Assembly (NCBI GenBank): GCA_002269645.1
Contig: NIVC01001265.1
Coordinates: 124,001 to 188,000, forward strand
DNA from: Macrostomum lignano
Lineage: Eukaryota
DNA length: 64,000 bases
Direction: 5' to 3'
In this document: positions 38,801 to 50,699 of the stretch, one piece after another
How the letters are laid out: each line of letters begins with the position of its first letter
Position numbering within the stretch: position 1 is the first letter of the stretch
Translations under genes and position numbers: made by a program
The notes under the pieces: generated by a model
What the model saw: the letters and a program-made list of their open reading frames with translations, nothing else
What the model was told of the DNA's origin: nothing
Databases searched by the model: none

Positions 38801-41800
38801 ACCGGGGGTGTGTACGGCTCCACCAACCCCTACTGGGACCAGCACTTCGTCTTGTGAGTTGAGGAACCGCTATTTATAAGCTATGGATGTTGTAGATGCT
38901 GTAAATGCTGTAGATGCTGTAGGTGCTGTAGATGCTGTAGGTGCTATAGATGCTGTAGGTGCTGTAGATGCTGTAGGTGCTGTAGATGCTGTAGGTGCTA
39001 TAGATGCTGTAGGTGCTGTAGATGCTGTAGGTGCTATAGATGCTGTAGATGCTGTAGGTGCTGTAGGTGCTGTAGATACTGTAGATGCTGTAGATGCTGT
39101 AGGTGCTGTAGATGCTGTAGGTGCTGTAGGTGCTGTAGGTGCTGTAAATGCTGTAGATGCTGTAGGTGCTGTAGGTGCTGTAGATACTGTAGATGCTGTA
39201 GGTGCTATAGATGCTGTAGGTGCTGTAGATGCTGTAGGTGCTGTAGGTGCTGTAGATACTGTAGGTGCTGTAGGTGCTGTAGGTGCTATAGATGCTGTAG
39301 GTGCTGTAGATGCTGTAGGTGCTGTAGGTGCTGTAGATGCTGTAGGTGCTGTAGGTGCTGTAGATGCTGTAGGTGCTATAGATGCTGTAGGTGCTGTAGA
39401 TGCTGTAGGTGCTGTAGATGCTGTAGGTGCTATAGATGCTGTAGGTGCTGTAGATGCTGTAGGTGCTATAGATGCTGTAGATGCTGTAGGTGCTGTAGGT
39501 GCTGTAGATACTGTAGATGCTGTAGATGCTGTAGGTGCTGTAGATGCTGTAGGTGCTGTAGGTGCTGTAGGTGCTGTAAATGCTGTAGATGCTGTAGGTG
39601 CTGTAGGTGCTGTAGATACTGTAGATGCTGTAGGTGCTATAGATGCTGTAGGTGCTGTAGATGCTGTAGGTGCTGTAGATGCTGTAGGTGCTGTAGGTGC
39701 TGTAAGTGCTGTAGGTGCTGTAAGTGCTGTAGAGGTTGATGTGGCTGTAAAATTCTGTAGATACTGTAGTTGCCGGAAATGTATTTGATGCTCTTTCACC
39801 TACCCTAGCAACCAGCGCTTGTTGTCCCTTCCCTACTCGCAGCTCGCTGAGTCCCGAGTCCACCAGCCTCAGCATCCGCGTGCTTCATCAGCTGGCAGCC
39901 AACGGTGCCGGCTCCGAGGAGTTGCTCGGTGCCGCGGCGCTTCCGCTGTCGCTGCTGCCGCCAACCGGGGCCAGAGTTCTGCAACCGCTGCGGCCGCCCG
40001 GTCTCTGGCCGGCGTCTCCGTCTGGCCAGCCTCTGCCCTCCATCACCCTGGAGTTGCTGTTTGTTGCCGAGCCCGTCCATCGGGAAGCTCTTCGAACTGG
40101 TGAGGAGGAATTGGCGCCGGTTGTCGCCGGCACTGAGAAACAAATCGGCAGCTTCACGCCTAGCAGCTCCGGCGTGGTGTCCAGCAGCGGCTCTTTGTCG
40201 CCTGCGGACGCTCTGGCGCCGCCGCCTGCGCCTCCGCCGCCAACAGTGGAGGTGACCCCGGCAGCAGAGGTTGCTGCAACGGGAGAGGCCTCGTTGAGAA
40301 GTGAGAATTTTCGAACTAGCTTACTTTTTCTTAGCGCGCACTTCACAGAAAACCCTAATAGTATTAGCAGTAGTATGTGAAGCACTACATTTCACATTTC
40401 ACGTTTTTGATTTCGTCGTTTCAAAAAATCCCTGATTTTATCGTGTCCTCGCCAAAGATGCTTTCATAACTGGATGAGTCGCTTCGATATTTTCTTGGCG
40501 AAACAGTTTCTCTACTTTCAATCCAGTAGTAAGAAAGAATGCGTAAACTGTTTTATAAAAAGAAAGGCAGTTGGAGTGACTGGCTGCCGTAAACAGCTTC
40601 TTGCTAATTGGTGCAGCCGTAATGTACATTGGCCCAGGCCCACTGAAATGTACATGGCAGGCAGTTTTAGGCTAGGAATTTTTCTCTAATCGATCACATA
40701 GACACAGACAGACCATTTTTAGTATATAGGAAGGCAATAAAACTAGGCGGTAAGGGCCGGGGTTTGGTGTGAAAAGACGCTGTTGGAGGGGTTCAGTGAG
40801 GGAGTGAGCAATTAATAAGCTGTCCTAAAATACATTAAAATGCTTCTATTTAACTTTACTACTGAACTAGCAGTAGCTTACACGCACATGTGCTGAGTGG
40901 CCCATTCAGCTATTATAGCATCTGTGGTTCTAGCTAATTATCGGATCGCCTTTTCTGTACATGAAAACTTAACTCTGTCAAAAACGATAAACTCAAAACA
41001 ATCGTTCGTTAGGCAGCAAAGCTACTCTGACTGCTTCTAGGAGAAGCAGCAGAAGCAGCAAAAGCAGCAATTACTTGGACGAAGAGTTGGACGATTTTCT
41101 CAACAAGTCTCGTGAGCAGCTGAACAAAGACTTGGCCTCTCGGAGCCTGGCCTTTGGCTGCCATTATGCCCGCATGCGATGGCTTAGTTTTCCTTGGTTT
41201 TATTAGAATGCTTTCAGCGTTTTTGGCCCGGTTATCAATGTTTATTTTAATTCTTTTTTATTGCTAAACTGACTACCGCAGCAGATATAGTTTACCTAAA
41301 ATCACCAGCTTTCTTGCCAGCCTGTTCGCTTTTTTAAAGGTCGCTGCAAGTAGTAGGCTTAGCGCATGGCGGGAGAATTTATATTACAAATTTATGCTTA
41401 ATAAAATTTCTACTAGCGTGACTGGAATTTTCTAGAATTTTTTCTATTATTTTCTATTACAGATTTTCCACTTAAGTTTATTTTAAAATTTTGAGTTTTT
41501 ATTTTGTGTTTCGCATAGGATTCGAACCAAGGACCGGTTTATTAAATGGAAATCATTCTTACCGCCAAGCTAATTTAAATCTATCTAGCGAGTTGACTTA
41601 GATGCGATTTTAACGAATAATTCTCTCTAATCCGCAGGCTCCTCGCTGTCTCGCGTAGTTGACGAGTTCATGACCTCGCCAGATATTTCCTATCAATTGT
41701 CGTCATTTTCTGAGTCCACGCTAAATGGCGAGTCGAGAGGTGAGCTTGAGCAATTCCTGCGTTATAATAAGCTTGTAAACAAAATTTATTGCAGTGGTAG

Positions 41801-44800
41801 AGTAGTAGAATTTTTTCTTAGTTATAATTAATTAATTAGTAAAGCCATAAAACAACCGAATGATGCTACATACCGTTAATTTGTTTGTTTAGCCATGTCC
41901 AGTACAGAGCTTGAGGATCAGGTGTTCGACAGCAATATAAGGCCTGATTACGTAAGTTCCGGTGTTACAAGCTTTAGATTTTAGCGAGAGTTTTATTCTA
42001 ACAAAGTGATGGAGATTTTTTAGCTGCATGATGCTTAATCTCTTTCTGGTTTTCTGGAGGTGACGCACTGAAGGGTCTGAGGGGTACAGGCGACACACCG
42101 AGAGGTCTGAGGGCGGAGGGGTGCAGACGACACAGTGAGGGGTCTGAGGGGAGGGTGGAGACGACACAGCGAGGGGTCTGAGGGGAGGGGTGGAGACGAC
42201 ACAGTGAGGGGTCTGAGGGGGAGGGGTGGAGGCGACACACTGAGGTGTCTGAGGGGGAGGGGTGGAGGCGACACACTGAGGTGTCTGAGGGGGATGGTTT
42301 AAGGCGACACACTGAGGTGTCTGAGGGGGAGGGGTGGAGGCGACACACTGAGGTGTCTGAGGGGGAGGGGTGGAGGCGACACACTGAGGGGTCTGAGGGC
42401 GGAGGGGTTAAGGCGACACACTGAGGTGTCTGAGGGGGATGGTTTAAGGCGACACACTGAGGTGTCTGAGGGGGAGGGGTGGAGGCGACACACTGAGGTG
42501 TCTGAGGGGGAGGGGTGGAGGCGACACACTGAGGTGTCTGAGGGGGATGGTTTAAGGCGACACACTGAGGTGTCTGAGGGGGAGGGGTGGAGGCGACACA
42601 CTGAGGTGTCTGAGGGGGAGGGGTGGAGGCGACACACTGAGGGGTCTGAGGGCGGAGGGGTGTAGGCGACACACTGAGGTGTCTGAGGGGGAGGCGACAC
42701 ACTGAAGGTGTCTGAGGGGGAGGGGTGGAGGCGACACACTGAGGGGTCTGAGGGGGAGGGGTTGAGGCGACACACTGAGGTGTCTGAGGGGGATGGGTTA
42801 AGGCGACACACTGAGGTGTCTGAGGGGGATGGTTTAAGGCGACACACTGAAGTGTCTGAGGGGGATGGTTTAAGGCGACACACTGAGGTGTCTGAGGGGG
42901 AGGGGTGGAGGCGACACATTGAGGGGTCTGAGGGGGAGGGGTGGAGGCGACACAGATTTCACCCTGATCCGATGATTATAAAGCATAATTAATATTTTAT
43001 CAGTAATTACTCTGTTTTTGAGTCGCAATTTTAACAATTTCTAATCACGAATTGCATAAGTAATTGGATATTTTTAATTGCTAATAAAGTATTGCTAAAT
43101 TAGTCAAATTTTCGCATATTTAATATTAGCCCAACTGCACTTCGTAACAAAAAGCATGTTATGAATATCAACATTAACACTAATTGGTGAATCACTACGC
43201 CGCATGCAGGCAGGAGCTCTGACAGACAGCAGTATCACCAACATGCGAACGCTCTTAGCTCTTGGTTTCTGCATCCTAGTAAATCGGTAACCAATTTTAT
43301 TCTTAACACCTTATCCTTGATAGCTCGTCTTGCGGTTTATGATCGTCGATAAATTAGAACTTTATGACTGTTCTCTCTCAGATGTCAATCGTTTAGTAAG
43401 CTTGCACATGTGTGCACTTGCTAGTCACGGTCCAGCACCAACCTTGTGTTAGATTGTTTCGTGATAGTCTTTTGCTATTAAATAAATATGTTGATGGGTT
43501 TAAAAAATTCTGTACAATTAAAGTTTACTTGCACACATGAGTGTTGAAGTGCGTGTGAGCTTGTGTGTGTTATTAGCCACGCTTTGCATTATCCTATGCA
43601 AGTAGACAAACTTCACGACCGTCAAGATTATTATTTAGTTGGCCAGCAACTAACGGACATAATAATAATAAATAGTAATGAATAATAATAATAATAATAA
43701 TGGTAATAATAATCATAAATCATTACACCTGCCCTAATAGGCAGATGTGCAACCGACAGCTCAGCCGCAGCTATTGCACGGCGCATCTGAAGGCTGCGTA
43801 CGGCTGTTCAGTCCAAGGACTGGGGGGGGGGGGGTTCGCCACACAAACCCTCAATTACCCCAGCCACCCATTTTACAGGTGGGTGAACTGAAGCAATGCA
43901 GATTTAAATGTCTTGCTCAAGGACACAAATTGTTTCAGTGGGATCGCGAATCGAACCCCCAACCTTGAAAGTCGGGAGTCCGACGCTCTAACCACTAGGC
44001 TTTAAACTATGTTTAGGGTTTAGGGTTTAAAGACTGGTCAGTCTACTGAAGAGTAGGCAAGTAAAACATGCGACGTAATTTATGCAAAGCAGACTGCTCA
44101 CTGATAGAATTGGCTCATTAGTGAAGAAAAACGTATATAATGTTACCATGACAACTGTTTTTGTTCAAATTCGTAAGAGCGCAGTGGCAAGCAAACATTG
44201 CAAACAAATTCAAACGTTTTAAAGCAATGAAACCTGTTGACCCGATAAACCAAGACCAGTGATTAGTGGCTGTTTGAGTGCACCAGAAAATCTGTGTGTT
44301 TTTTGTTTTAATTTTTGTCTTGATTCAATAAATTATTTGGAAACTCTGCCCAATTAGATTCTGCCCACAACTGTGTGCTTCTGCTACTGCGCGATTTGTG
44401 ATATTAACCAATTTCGTTTTAAACTCTGGATGGAATCAATATTGAACTTTAACAGAACGCCAACCAATAACTTGCTATTCCAGACCGAGTTTTCAAGCCT
44501 GGGACGCAAGCCAAAGGGTGAGTGCTTTGGTCTACACGGGATGAGAAAGTTGCGTGACAGATTCGACCTTATTTTCTTATCTTCAAAGTTTCTCTAACAA
44601 GCAGAGTAATTACTGAGCAATGAGCTGCAGTCTGACTCAAAGGAAAATAAGATGATTGTCTAATTAATCATTTTTGCTGTTTTTGCGTGACTGACGCTTG
44701 TTTTATGGCTCCGGTAGTTACGACAAAAAATCATTAGAATTAGAATTATCCGATCAAAATTATCCTTTCGTGCGCTTATTTTCTTTTAGTTGCTGCTGTC

Positions 44801-46259
44801 CGCCTGTCTTTCTTCCTTTGTTCACTACTCAACTGATCTCTTTTAGCTGTCAGTCTGTAATCACTGCGAGTATCACTGAATCGCTGATTGATAAGCCACT
44901 TATCTTTAGTCACGAGTCCTTTGTTGTCAGTCCTCGGTTTTTATTTTTTGTCAAGACGGCCAAAAGCACCGGCTTTCAGGGTGGTTCTCAAAAAAATGAT
45001 AAAATATTCTCTCAACCCCCGGACATTCCCTTCATTCCTCTCGTCAGTTTCTATTTATAGAATCTCTCCAACGCACGGCCATTCTGGGATTCACTTCATT
45101 CCTCTCGTCAGTTTATATTAATAGAATATTAACAAACGCACGGCCATTCTGGGATTCCCTTTATTCCTCTCGTCAGTTTTCTATTTATAGAATCTCTCAA
45201 ACGCACGGGCCATTCTGGGATTCCCTTCATTCCTCTCGTCAGTTTTCTATTTATAGAATCTCTCAAACGCACGGGCCATTCTGGGATTCACTTCATTCCT
45301 CTCGTCAGTTTCTATTGATAGAATATCAACAAACGCACGGCCATTCTGGGATTCCCTTCATTCCTCTCGTCAGTTTCTATTGATAGAATATCAACAAACG
45401 CACGGCCATTCTGGGATTCACTTCATTCCTCTCGTCAGTTTCTATTGATAGAATATCAACAAACGCACGGCCATTCTGGGATTCCCTTCATTCCTTTCGT
45501 CAGTTTCTATTGATAGAAATCAACAAACGCACGGCCATTCTGGGATTCCCTTCATTCCTCTCGTCAGTTTTCTATTTATAGAATCTCTCAAACGCACGGC
45601 CATTCTGGGATTCACTTCATTCCTCTCGTCAGTTTCTATTGATAGAATTTCTCAAACGCACGGGCCATTCTGGGATTCCCTTCATTCCGCCTGTCTGTTA
45701 CTTATAGGCCAGAAGCCCGGCCGCACCGGCAGTGTGGCCAGTCGTATCAAGCGCGTCTTCAGCGGCAGAAGCAAGCGCCACCCAGCCGCTGAGTCGTCTT
45801 CGACAGTTTTAGACCAGGATGTGCTCAGTGCACCCAACGCCCTCCGTCTTGGCGATGGCGGACCGTCGGGCCCCAACGGAGACGGCACCGGTCCTCCTCA
45901 TCAGGCCTCGCCACTGGGGCCACCAGAGCTGAGCAAAAGCCGGGCGCGCGGATTGAGCGCCAGCTTTCGGCGCTTATTCTCTGGCGCCAAACGGAAAAAC
46001 CGTCGGACCTCCGAATCTGCTGGTGAGGAATAGAAGACACATGGGGTGGCGGGCACCCTCACTGAAGGATCTGAGTTCAGTTGCCCATGCATCTACCTCA
46101 TCACTAAGCTGGCTCAAACTTCTCTCCGCAGACTCTGAGCAGCAGACGCGCCAGCAGAAGCAGGCCATGCCAGCGGCCCCGCCGCCGACTTTCTATTCGT
46201 TGCAGAAGCCGGGCAAGCCGCCCCGGATTCGGCCGTGGGACAGCGACGAAATTCTTTGA
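29808..46259 (+). CDS. C2CD2: C2CD2/C2CD2L (TMEM24)-like ER-PM contact lipid transfer protein (TM, SMP, C2, polybasic C-terminus)
   Basis: Phase-consistent exons: 29808-29999, 31927-32184, 33811-33900, 34214-34321, 36639-37091, 38579-38853, 39843-40300, 41013-41111 (symmetric, probable), 41638-41739, 45708-46022, 46132-46259. TM DVIFLGWCAFGLAVVLLAALL; SMP GETCRWLNTL..WLRALN..IVFEELLVGSLPPKI; C2 RRLLVKVVKAGGL..IVELDKPQQRHET..NPYWDQHFVFSL; basic helices RIKRVFSGRSKR and SFRRLFSGAKRK. Confidence 0.85.
30245..31868. repeat. 33-bp minisatellite (ACACTCTTACAGAGGACACTGAGGATTCATGAG) with 20-bp deletion variants
   Basis: Direct tandem copies in intron 1 of the C2CD2-like gene. Confidence 0.95.
32262..32990. 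repeat. About 46-bp minisatellite (CCCTGACATCTGACAAGTGTCGTCCCTTATACCCTGTCCCTGACAT)
   Basis: Direct tandem copies. Confidence 0.9.
34905..35010. repeat. 15-bp minisatellite (GCTTTAGCACCAGGG)
   Basis: Direct tandem copies. Confidence 0.9.
35455..36505. repeat. 45-bp minisatellite (CAACACAGAGGCCTGTGTACTTATCATCAGTGTGCGCACATGCTC)
   Basis: Direct tandem copies. Confidence 0.95.
37290..37630. repeat. 63-bp tandem repeat, about 5 copies
   Basis: GATAGCTAGGGTTAGACAGTAATTAAGGTCGTAGCC.ATCAGAGAGCCGGGAGAA repeated. Confidence 0.85.
38278..38475. repeat. 37-bp minisatellite (GAGGGATAGACTTCGTTTTGGAGCGTGTGCGTACATT)
   Basis: About 5 copies. Confidence 0.9.
38885..39735. repeat. 9-bp minisatellite (GCTGTAGGT / GCTGTAGAT) with a 432-bp higher-order duplication
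   Basis: The same variant pattern (GATACTGTAGATGCTGTAGATGCT) recurs at 39075 and 39507. Confidence 0.92.
40500..40745 (-). repeat. Dispersed repeat copy, possibly non-autonomous Helitron-like
   Basis: Homologous to 8930-9135. Contains TATACTAAAAATGGTCTGTCTG, matched by CTATACTAAAAAATGGTTTGTCTG at about 10790-10815 on the minus strand. Confidence 0.6.
42075..42955. repeat. 36-bp G-rich minisatellite (GAGGGGTGGAGGCGACACACTGAGGTGTCTGAGGGG)
   Basis: Direct tandem copies. Confidence 0.92.
43660..44001 (-). mobile_element. tRNA-derived CORE-type SINE
   Basis: Minus strand: A box AGCCTAGTGGTTAGAGCG, B box GGTTCGATTC, then TGTGTCCTTGAGCAAGACATTTAAATCTGCATTGCTTCAGTTCACCCACCTGTAAAATGGG resembling the MIR CORE domain, then an (ATT)n tail at about 43660-43715. 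Confidence 0.75.
45020..45688. repeat. About 60-bp tandem repeat (AAACGCACGGCCATTCTGGGATTCCCTTCATTCCTCTCGTCAGTTTCTATT.ATAGAAT...)
   Basis: About 11 copies, ending just before the 45708 acceptor. Confidence 0.92.
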
Positions 46260-46439
46260 CAATTGGCCGGAAAACAATGTTTATGGCACTGACTGGCCTG
46301 TTAATTATTGTTTTAGTACGCGCGTTTTTTAATTATTTCTTTTTTTTTGCCCTGTTGCACTCGAGTACTTCTGCTTTCGATAATTTCGTCTGCTTGTTCG
46401 CGCATAGCATTTTCTGAGCTGCCGGTGGGCCCAGCGCTT

Positions 46440-47278
46440 GAGTCCCAACGGCCCTTTTAGAGAGGCCGCCGCTGCCCCACCCCAGTCCCTTTATGGCCCT
46501 TTTAGAGAGGCTGCCGCTGCTCCACCCCAGTCCCTTTATGGCCCTTTTAAAGAGGCCGCCGCTGCCCCACCCCAGTCACCCCAGTCCCTTTATGGCCCTT
46601 TTAGAGAGGCTGCCGCTGCCCCACCCCAGTCCCTTTATGGCCCTTTTAGAGAGGCTGCCGCTGCTCCACCCCAGTCCCTTTAAGGCCCTTTTAGAGAGGC
46701 TGCCGCTGCCCCACCCCAGTCCCTTTATGGCCCTTTTAGAGAGGCTGCCGCTGCTCCACCCCAGTCCCTTTATGGCCCTTTTAAAGAGGCCGCCGCTGCC
46801 CCACCCCAGTCACCCCAGTCCCTTTATGGCCCTTTTAGAGAGGCTGCCGCTGCCCCACCCCAGTCCCTTTATGGCCCTTTTAGAGAGGCGGCCGCTGCCC
46901 CACCCCAGTCTCTTTATGGCCTTTTTAGAGAGGCTGCCGCTGCCCCACCCCAGTCCATTTATGGCCCTTTTAAAGAGGCCGCCGCTGCCCCACCCCAGTC
47001 ACCCCAGTCCCTTTATGGCCCTTTTAGAGAGGCTGCCGCTGCCCCACCCCAGTCCCTTTATGGCCCTTTTAGAGAGGCCGCCGCTGCCCCACCCCAGTCC
47101 CTTTATGGCCCTTTTAGAGAGGCCGCCGCTGCCCCACCCCAGTCCCTTTATGGCCCTTTTAGAGAGGCCGCCGCTGCCCTACCCCAGTCCCTTTATGGCC
47201 CTTTTAGAGAGGCCGCCGCTGCCCCACCCCAGTCTTTTTATGGCCCTTTTAGAGAGGCCGCCGCTGCCCCACCCCAGT
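46440..47278. repeat. 45-bp minisatellite (CCCCAGTCCCTTTATGGCCCTTTTAGAGAGGCCGCCGCTGCCCCA)
   Basis: Direct tandem copies downstream of the C2CD2-like stop. Confidence 0.92.
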
Positions 47279-47744
47279 TGCAATGATCGTCTTTGGGGGC
47301 GGCCAGAAAACAAAGAGCTTTTTATTCCTATAAAAATTTCGAATATTTTCGCTTTTGAAATTCAACTTACGGTTGGATTTTGTAGCCGCTCAACTCAGAA
47401 GTACATGAACTAAATGCGCTTTTTTGGCTTTAAAATGTTTTCGCATTTTTCACAATTGCCTCTGAAATGCCTGCATAGTGGGATGATGGGGCCCAGCCTC
47501 CCTATACCCATGGATTTCTGTTGCCATTGCATTATTTTATTTTAGTTTTTCGACTAAACTTTTGTGTCTACTTTCTATATTTCGTTTAAAGCTAAGAAAT
47601 TGTAATCACGCCTCACCGATAGCCCGTTTGACATTCCAACAAATTTCTGTCAAATACTGTATGATGTCAAATACTCGTAGCTCGTATTGTGATTTATTGC
47701 TGACTTGCTAACGCTTAAAACTATAATATGACCACATTAAAAAT

Positions 47745-47980
47745 GATCCGATGATCCTAACTATGACAGAATGATCCCAATTATGAGTGACAGAATGATC
47801 CCAATTATGACTGACAGAATGATCCCAATTATGACTGACAGAATGATCCCAATTATGAGTGACAGAATGATCCCAATTATGACTGACAGAATGATCCCAA
47901 TTATGACTGACAGAATGATCCCAATTATGAGTGACAGAATGATCCCAATTATGAGTGACTGAATGACCCCAATTATGAAT
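47745..47980. repeat. 24-bp minisatellite (ATGATCCCAATTATGACTGACAGA)
   Basis: Direct tandem copies. Confidence 0.9.
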
Positions 47981-48639
47981 ACTACAATCTCACAAATTGC
48001 TTGTCAAACTCCAATAGTTTAGCTAAAAAATATCAATGCTGATTCCATTCTTCCATCTTTTTGTGATCTTAGATTCCTTCACTGTGAAATCGGCTGTTTG
48101 GATAATGTCATTTTGATTTTATCATTTTTCTCATATTTATTTTTTTATAAATTAATTTCCTACATTTTGTACGCTTTGCACAGTTGAAGCTAATATGTGT
48201 CTAGTTTGTAAGCGTATCATTTAGCGAATCAATTCTAGTACCTGTTCTTACCTAAATTAGTTCATAGAAGTTTAAAAAGTTTTGCGCGTGAATTGATTTT
48301 TCCAGTTCAACGATAGGTCCAACCGACATTGCTACCGCACTTGTAAACGGATATCTTACGATATCTTACGAAGTAAATTAATAAATTTCGCTAATTTGTT
48401 TCCAACAAGTATCTTAAAGCACTTTGCTTTGAAGTACCAAGAAACTACCATTCTTGAAAGTTCATTGTTGAAAAGTATTTATAGCCATTGTCCTTTTCTG
48501 TAGCCATGATGTGCTGAAATGTAACAACGGAAATGGAACTAGCCAGTACGGTATAACCGAAAACGAAGGGCAGACAGGGAAATGAAAGCGAAGGGAAAGA
48601 GATGAAACAGATTGGGGGAAATGATAAAGAGGAAAGGAA

Positions 48640-49125
48640 TTAAAGGGAGGGAAGTAAATGGTAATGAAGGGTAGGGAGGGAAATGAAGGGTATGGAGGGA
48701 AATGAAGGGTATGAAGGGAAATGGAGGATAGGGAGGGAAATGAAGGGTATGGAGGGAAATGAAGGGTATGAAGGGAAATGGAGGATAGGGAGGGAAATGA
48801 AGGGTAGGGAGGGAAATGAAGGGTAGGTAGGGAATTGAAGGGTAGGGAGGGAAATGAAGGGTAGGGAGGGAAATGAAGGGTAGGGAGGGAAATGAAGGGT
48901 AGGGAGGGAAATGAAGGGTATGGAGGGAAATGAAGGGTAGGTAGGGAAATGAAGGGTAGGTAGGGAAATGAAGGGTAGGGAGGGAAATGAAGGGTAGGTA
49001 GGGAAATGAAGGGTAGGTAGGGAAATGAAGGGTAGGGAAGGAAATGAAGGGTAGGGAGGGAAATGAAGGGTAGGGAGGGAAATGAAGGGTAGGGAGGGAA
49101 ATGAAGGGTAGGGAGGGAAATGCAG
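48640..49125. repeat. 18-19-bp purine-rich minisatellite (GGGAAATGAAGGGTAGGGA)
   Basis: Direct tandem copies. Confidence 0.9.
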
Positions 49126-50149
49126 GACAGGAAAGGAAAGGACGAAAAGAAAAGGAACTGATCGATAGAGAAGGGCGGAAATGAAGATGATTATCTAATT
49201 CTGTACACAGATGAAGCTGGGCAAAGTGTGAGCACGGAAGCTGGAAGCAGTTAATCTGTAAATGTTTAGAGCTCCCGATTTCGCCGCCCATTTCTGGACA
49301 GAGCTGAGCTCAGGAGCACGGCGTGACCCTGCAGCCGCTTGGCAACCAGGGGAGAGGAGGGGATGTGGTTGGTGTAATTGCTTTGCCAATTTCATTCAGT
49401 GCTCCCCCCCTGCCCCGGGGCAGGAATTTCAGGCAGTGTGTAGTCCAGCGGTGATTCATCGGATGAGCGTCATTAATTATTAATTAGCCACTCGGCAGGC
49501 TGAAGACTGACGGCCAGAGATAATGGGGAGGTAGGGGAGTAGGGGACGCAATTTAATGAAGGTAGGTGGGTTTCTTTTTAGATGCTTAAATTGTCTCAGA
49601 TAAGCAGCGGGTCCGGCGGACACAAATCCGCCCCTTGGTCAAGACTGCACACCCCAGCAGGATGTCCAGCTTTTCTTTGTAAATTTGCCACTTTATAAGA
49701 CGCGCAAGCAGACTAATTGTCTCTCTTGAAACATGCTTTTCGCCTCAAAGGACCGCCCCATCCTTGGCGGTCTTTTGACAGCTGTCACGCGCTCGGGTCT
49801 GGCAAAGAAACTCGCTCCCTGTTGAGCACTGTATAAATAGCTAAGGCGCTGCCATGGAGACAGTTCCTGGGATCCAGCAATCCGCAGCAAGAGCCAGGAG
49901 GTCTGCTGAGCTGAAGCCGCCTTGACACATTTCGACTGTTGTTGAACTGCGCCCAGGAAAGCCGTTAAATTCCGAGCTGGTTTTTTGATTGAACCGAATC
50001 TGTAGCGGCTAGACTCGAAATTTTCGAACTTGTGCGTAATTTCAACAACAATCGAACGGCTTAACTATCAACTGTTGCTGACATTCGGCTGCTCTGTGTT
50101 GCACAGGTGAGTCACGGGTAAGTGGTGCGTCATCCCCAGCTTCTGTTCT

Positions 50150-50388
50150 GGGGTCATGTGGGTTGCGTGACCCAGGGTTAAACTGGACAATGACCCATCA
50201 AGACTGGTCATAGGGTTGCGTCACCCAGGGTTAAACCAGACAATGACCCATCAAGACTGGTCATAGGGTTGCGTCACCCAGGGTTAAACCGGACAATGAC
50301 CCATCAAGACTGGTCATAGGGTTGCGTCACCCAGGGTTAAACCGGACAATGACCCATCAAGACTGGTCATAGGGTTGCGTGACCCAGT
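50150..50388. repeat. 53-bp tandem repeat composed of short hairpins, about 4.3 copies
   Basis: Unit GGGTTGCGTCACCCAGGGTTAAACCGGACAATGACCCATCAAGACTGGTCATA. Confidence 0.9.
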
Positions 50389-50699
50389 ATAGGCAATGAT
50401 TCCGGGGCAATACGTTCAAGAATTGCATTCGCCATCTGTCTACACAGGCAGTTCTCTGTGTGTTTTTTGTGCTCTTTATAATTCTGACAAATGAAGTTTA
50501 ATTGTCCGGTGTATTTTCGTAATAAATAACTAGATACATTTTATGTGGGTGCAAAACAGGGCTTGGATGTGCAAAATACACGAAGTTCAAGCGGTGTGTG
50601 TGAATCTTAGATATCGGTAGTCGACTATCAGCTGTACTGCCAGCACAACAGAATACTCCATATTTTTGAGAAAGCATACCAAGAATTTGTTTTTGAATA

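Noticed and set aside
38870-39875. Antifreeze- or mucin-like (TAP/DAV/YST)n ORFs
   Set aside because: A 9-bp intronic array; the flanking exons splice cleanly around it.
37140-41560. tRNA-like B boxes (GGTTCGATTCC near 37180; GGTTCGAATCC on the minus strand near 41520)
   Set aside because: No cloverleaf or acceptor stem; probably decayed SINE heads rather than tRNA genes.
43243-43290. MRTLLALGFCIL, a possible nested secreted-peptide exon
   Set aside because: No in-frame continuation found; the segment fits equally well as a possible C2CD2-like cassette exon in another frame.
44011-44030. TTTAGGG repeats resembling a telomere seed
   Set aside because: Only about two copies; expected by chance.
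50150-50388. CRISPR-like appearance of the hairpin repeat (also considered for the 14325, 45020 and 60561 arrays)
   Set aside because: No unique spacers, no cas genes, and a eukaryotic context.
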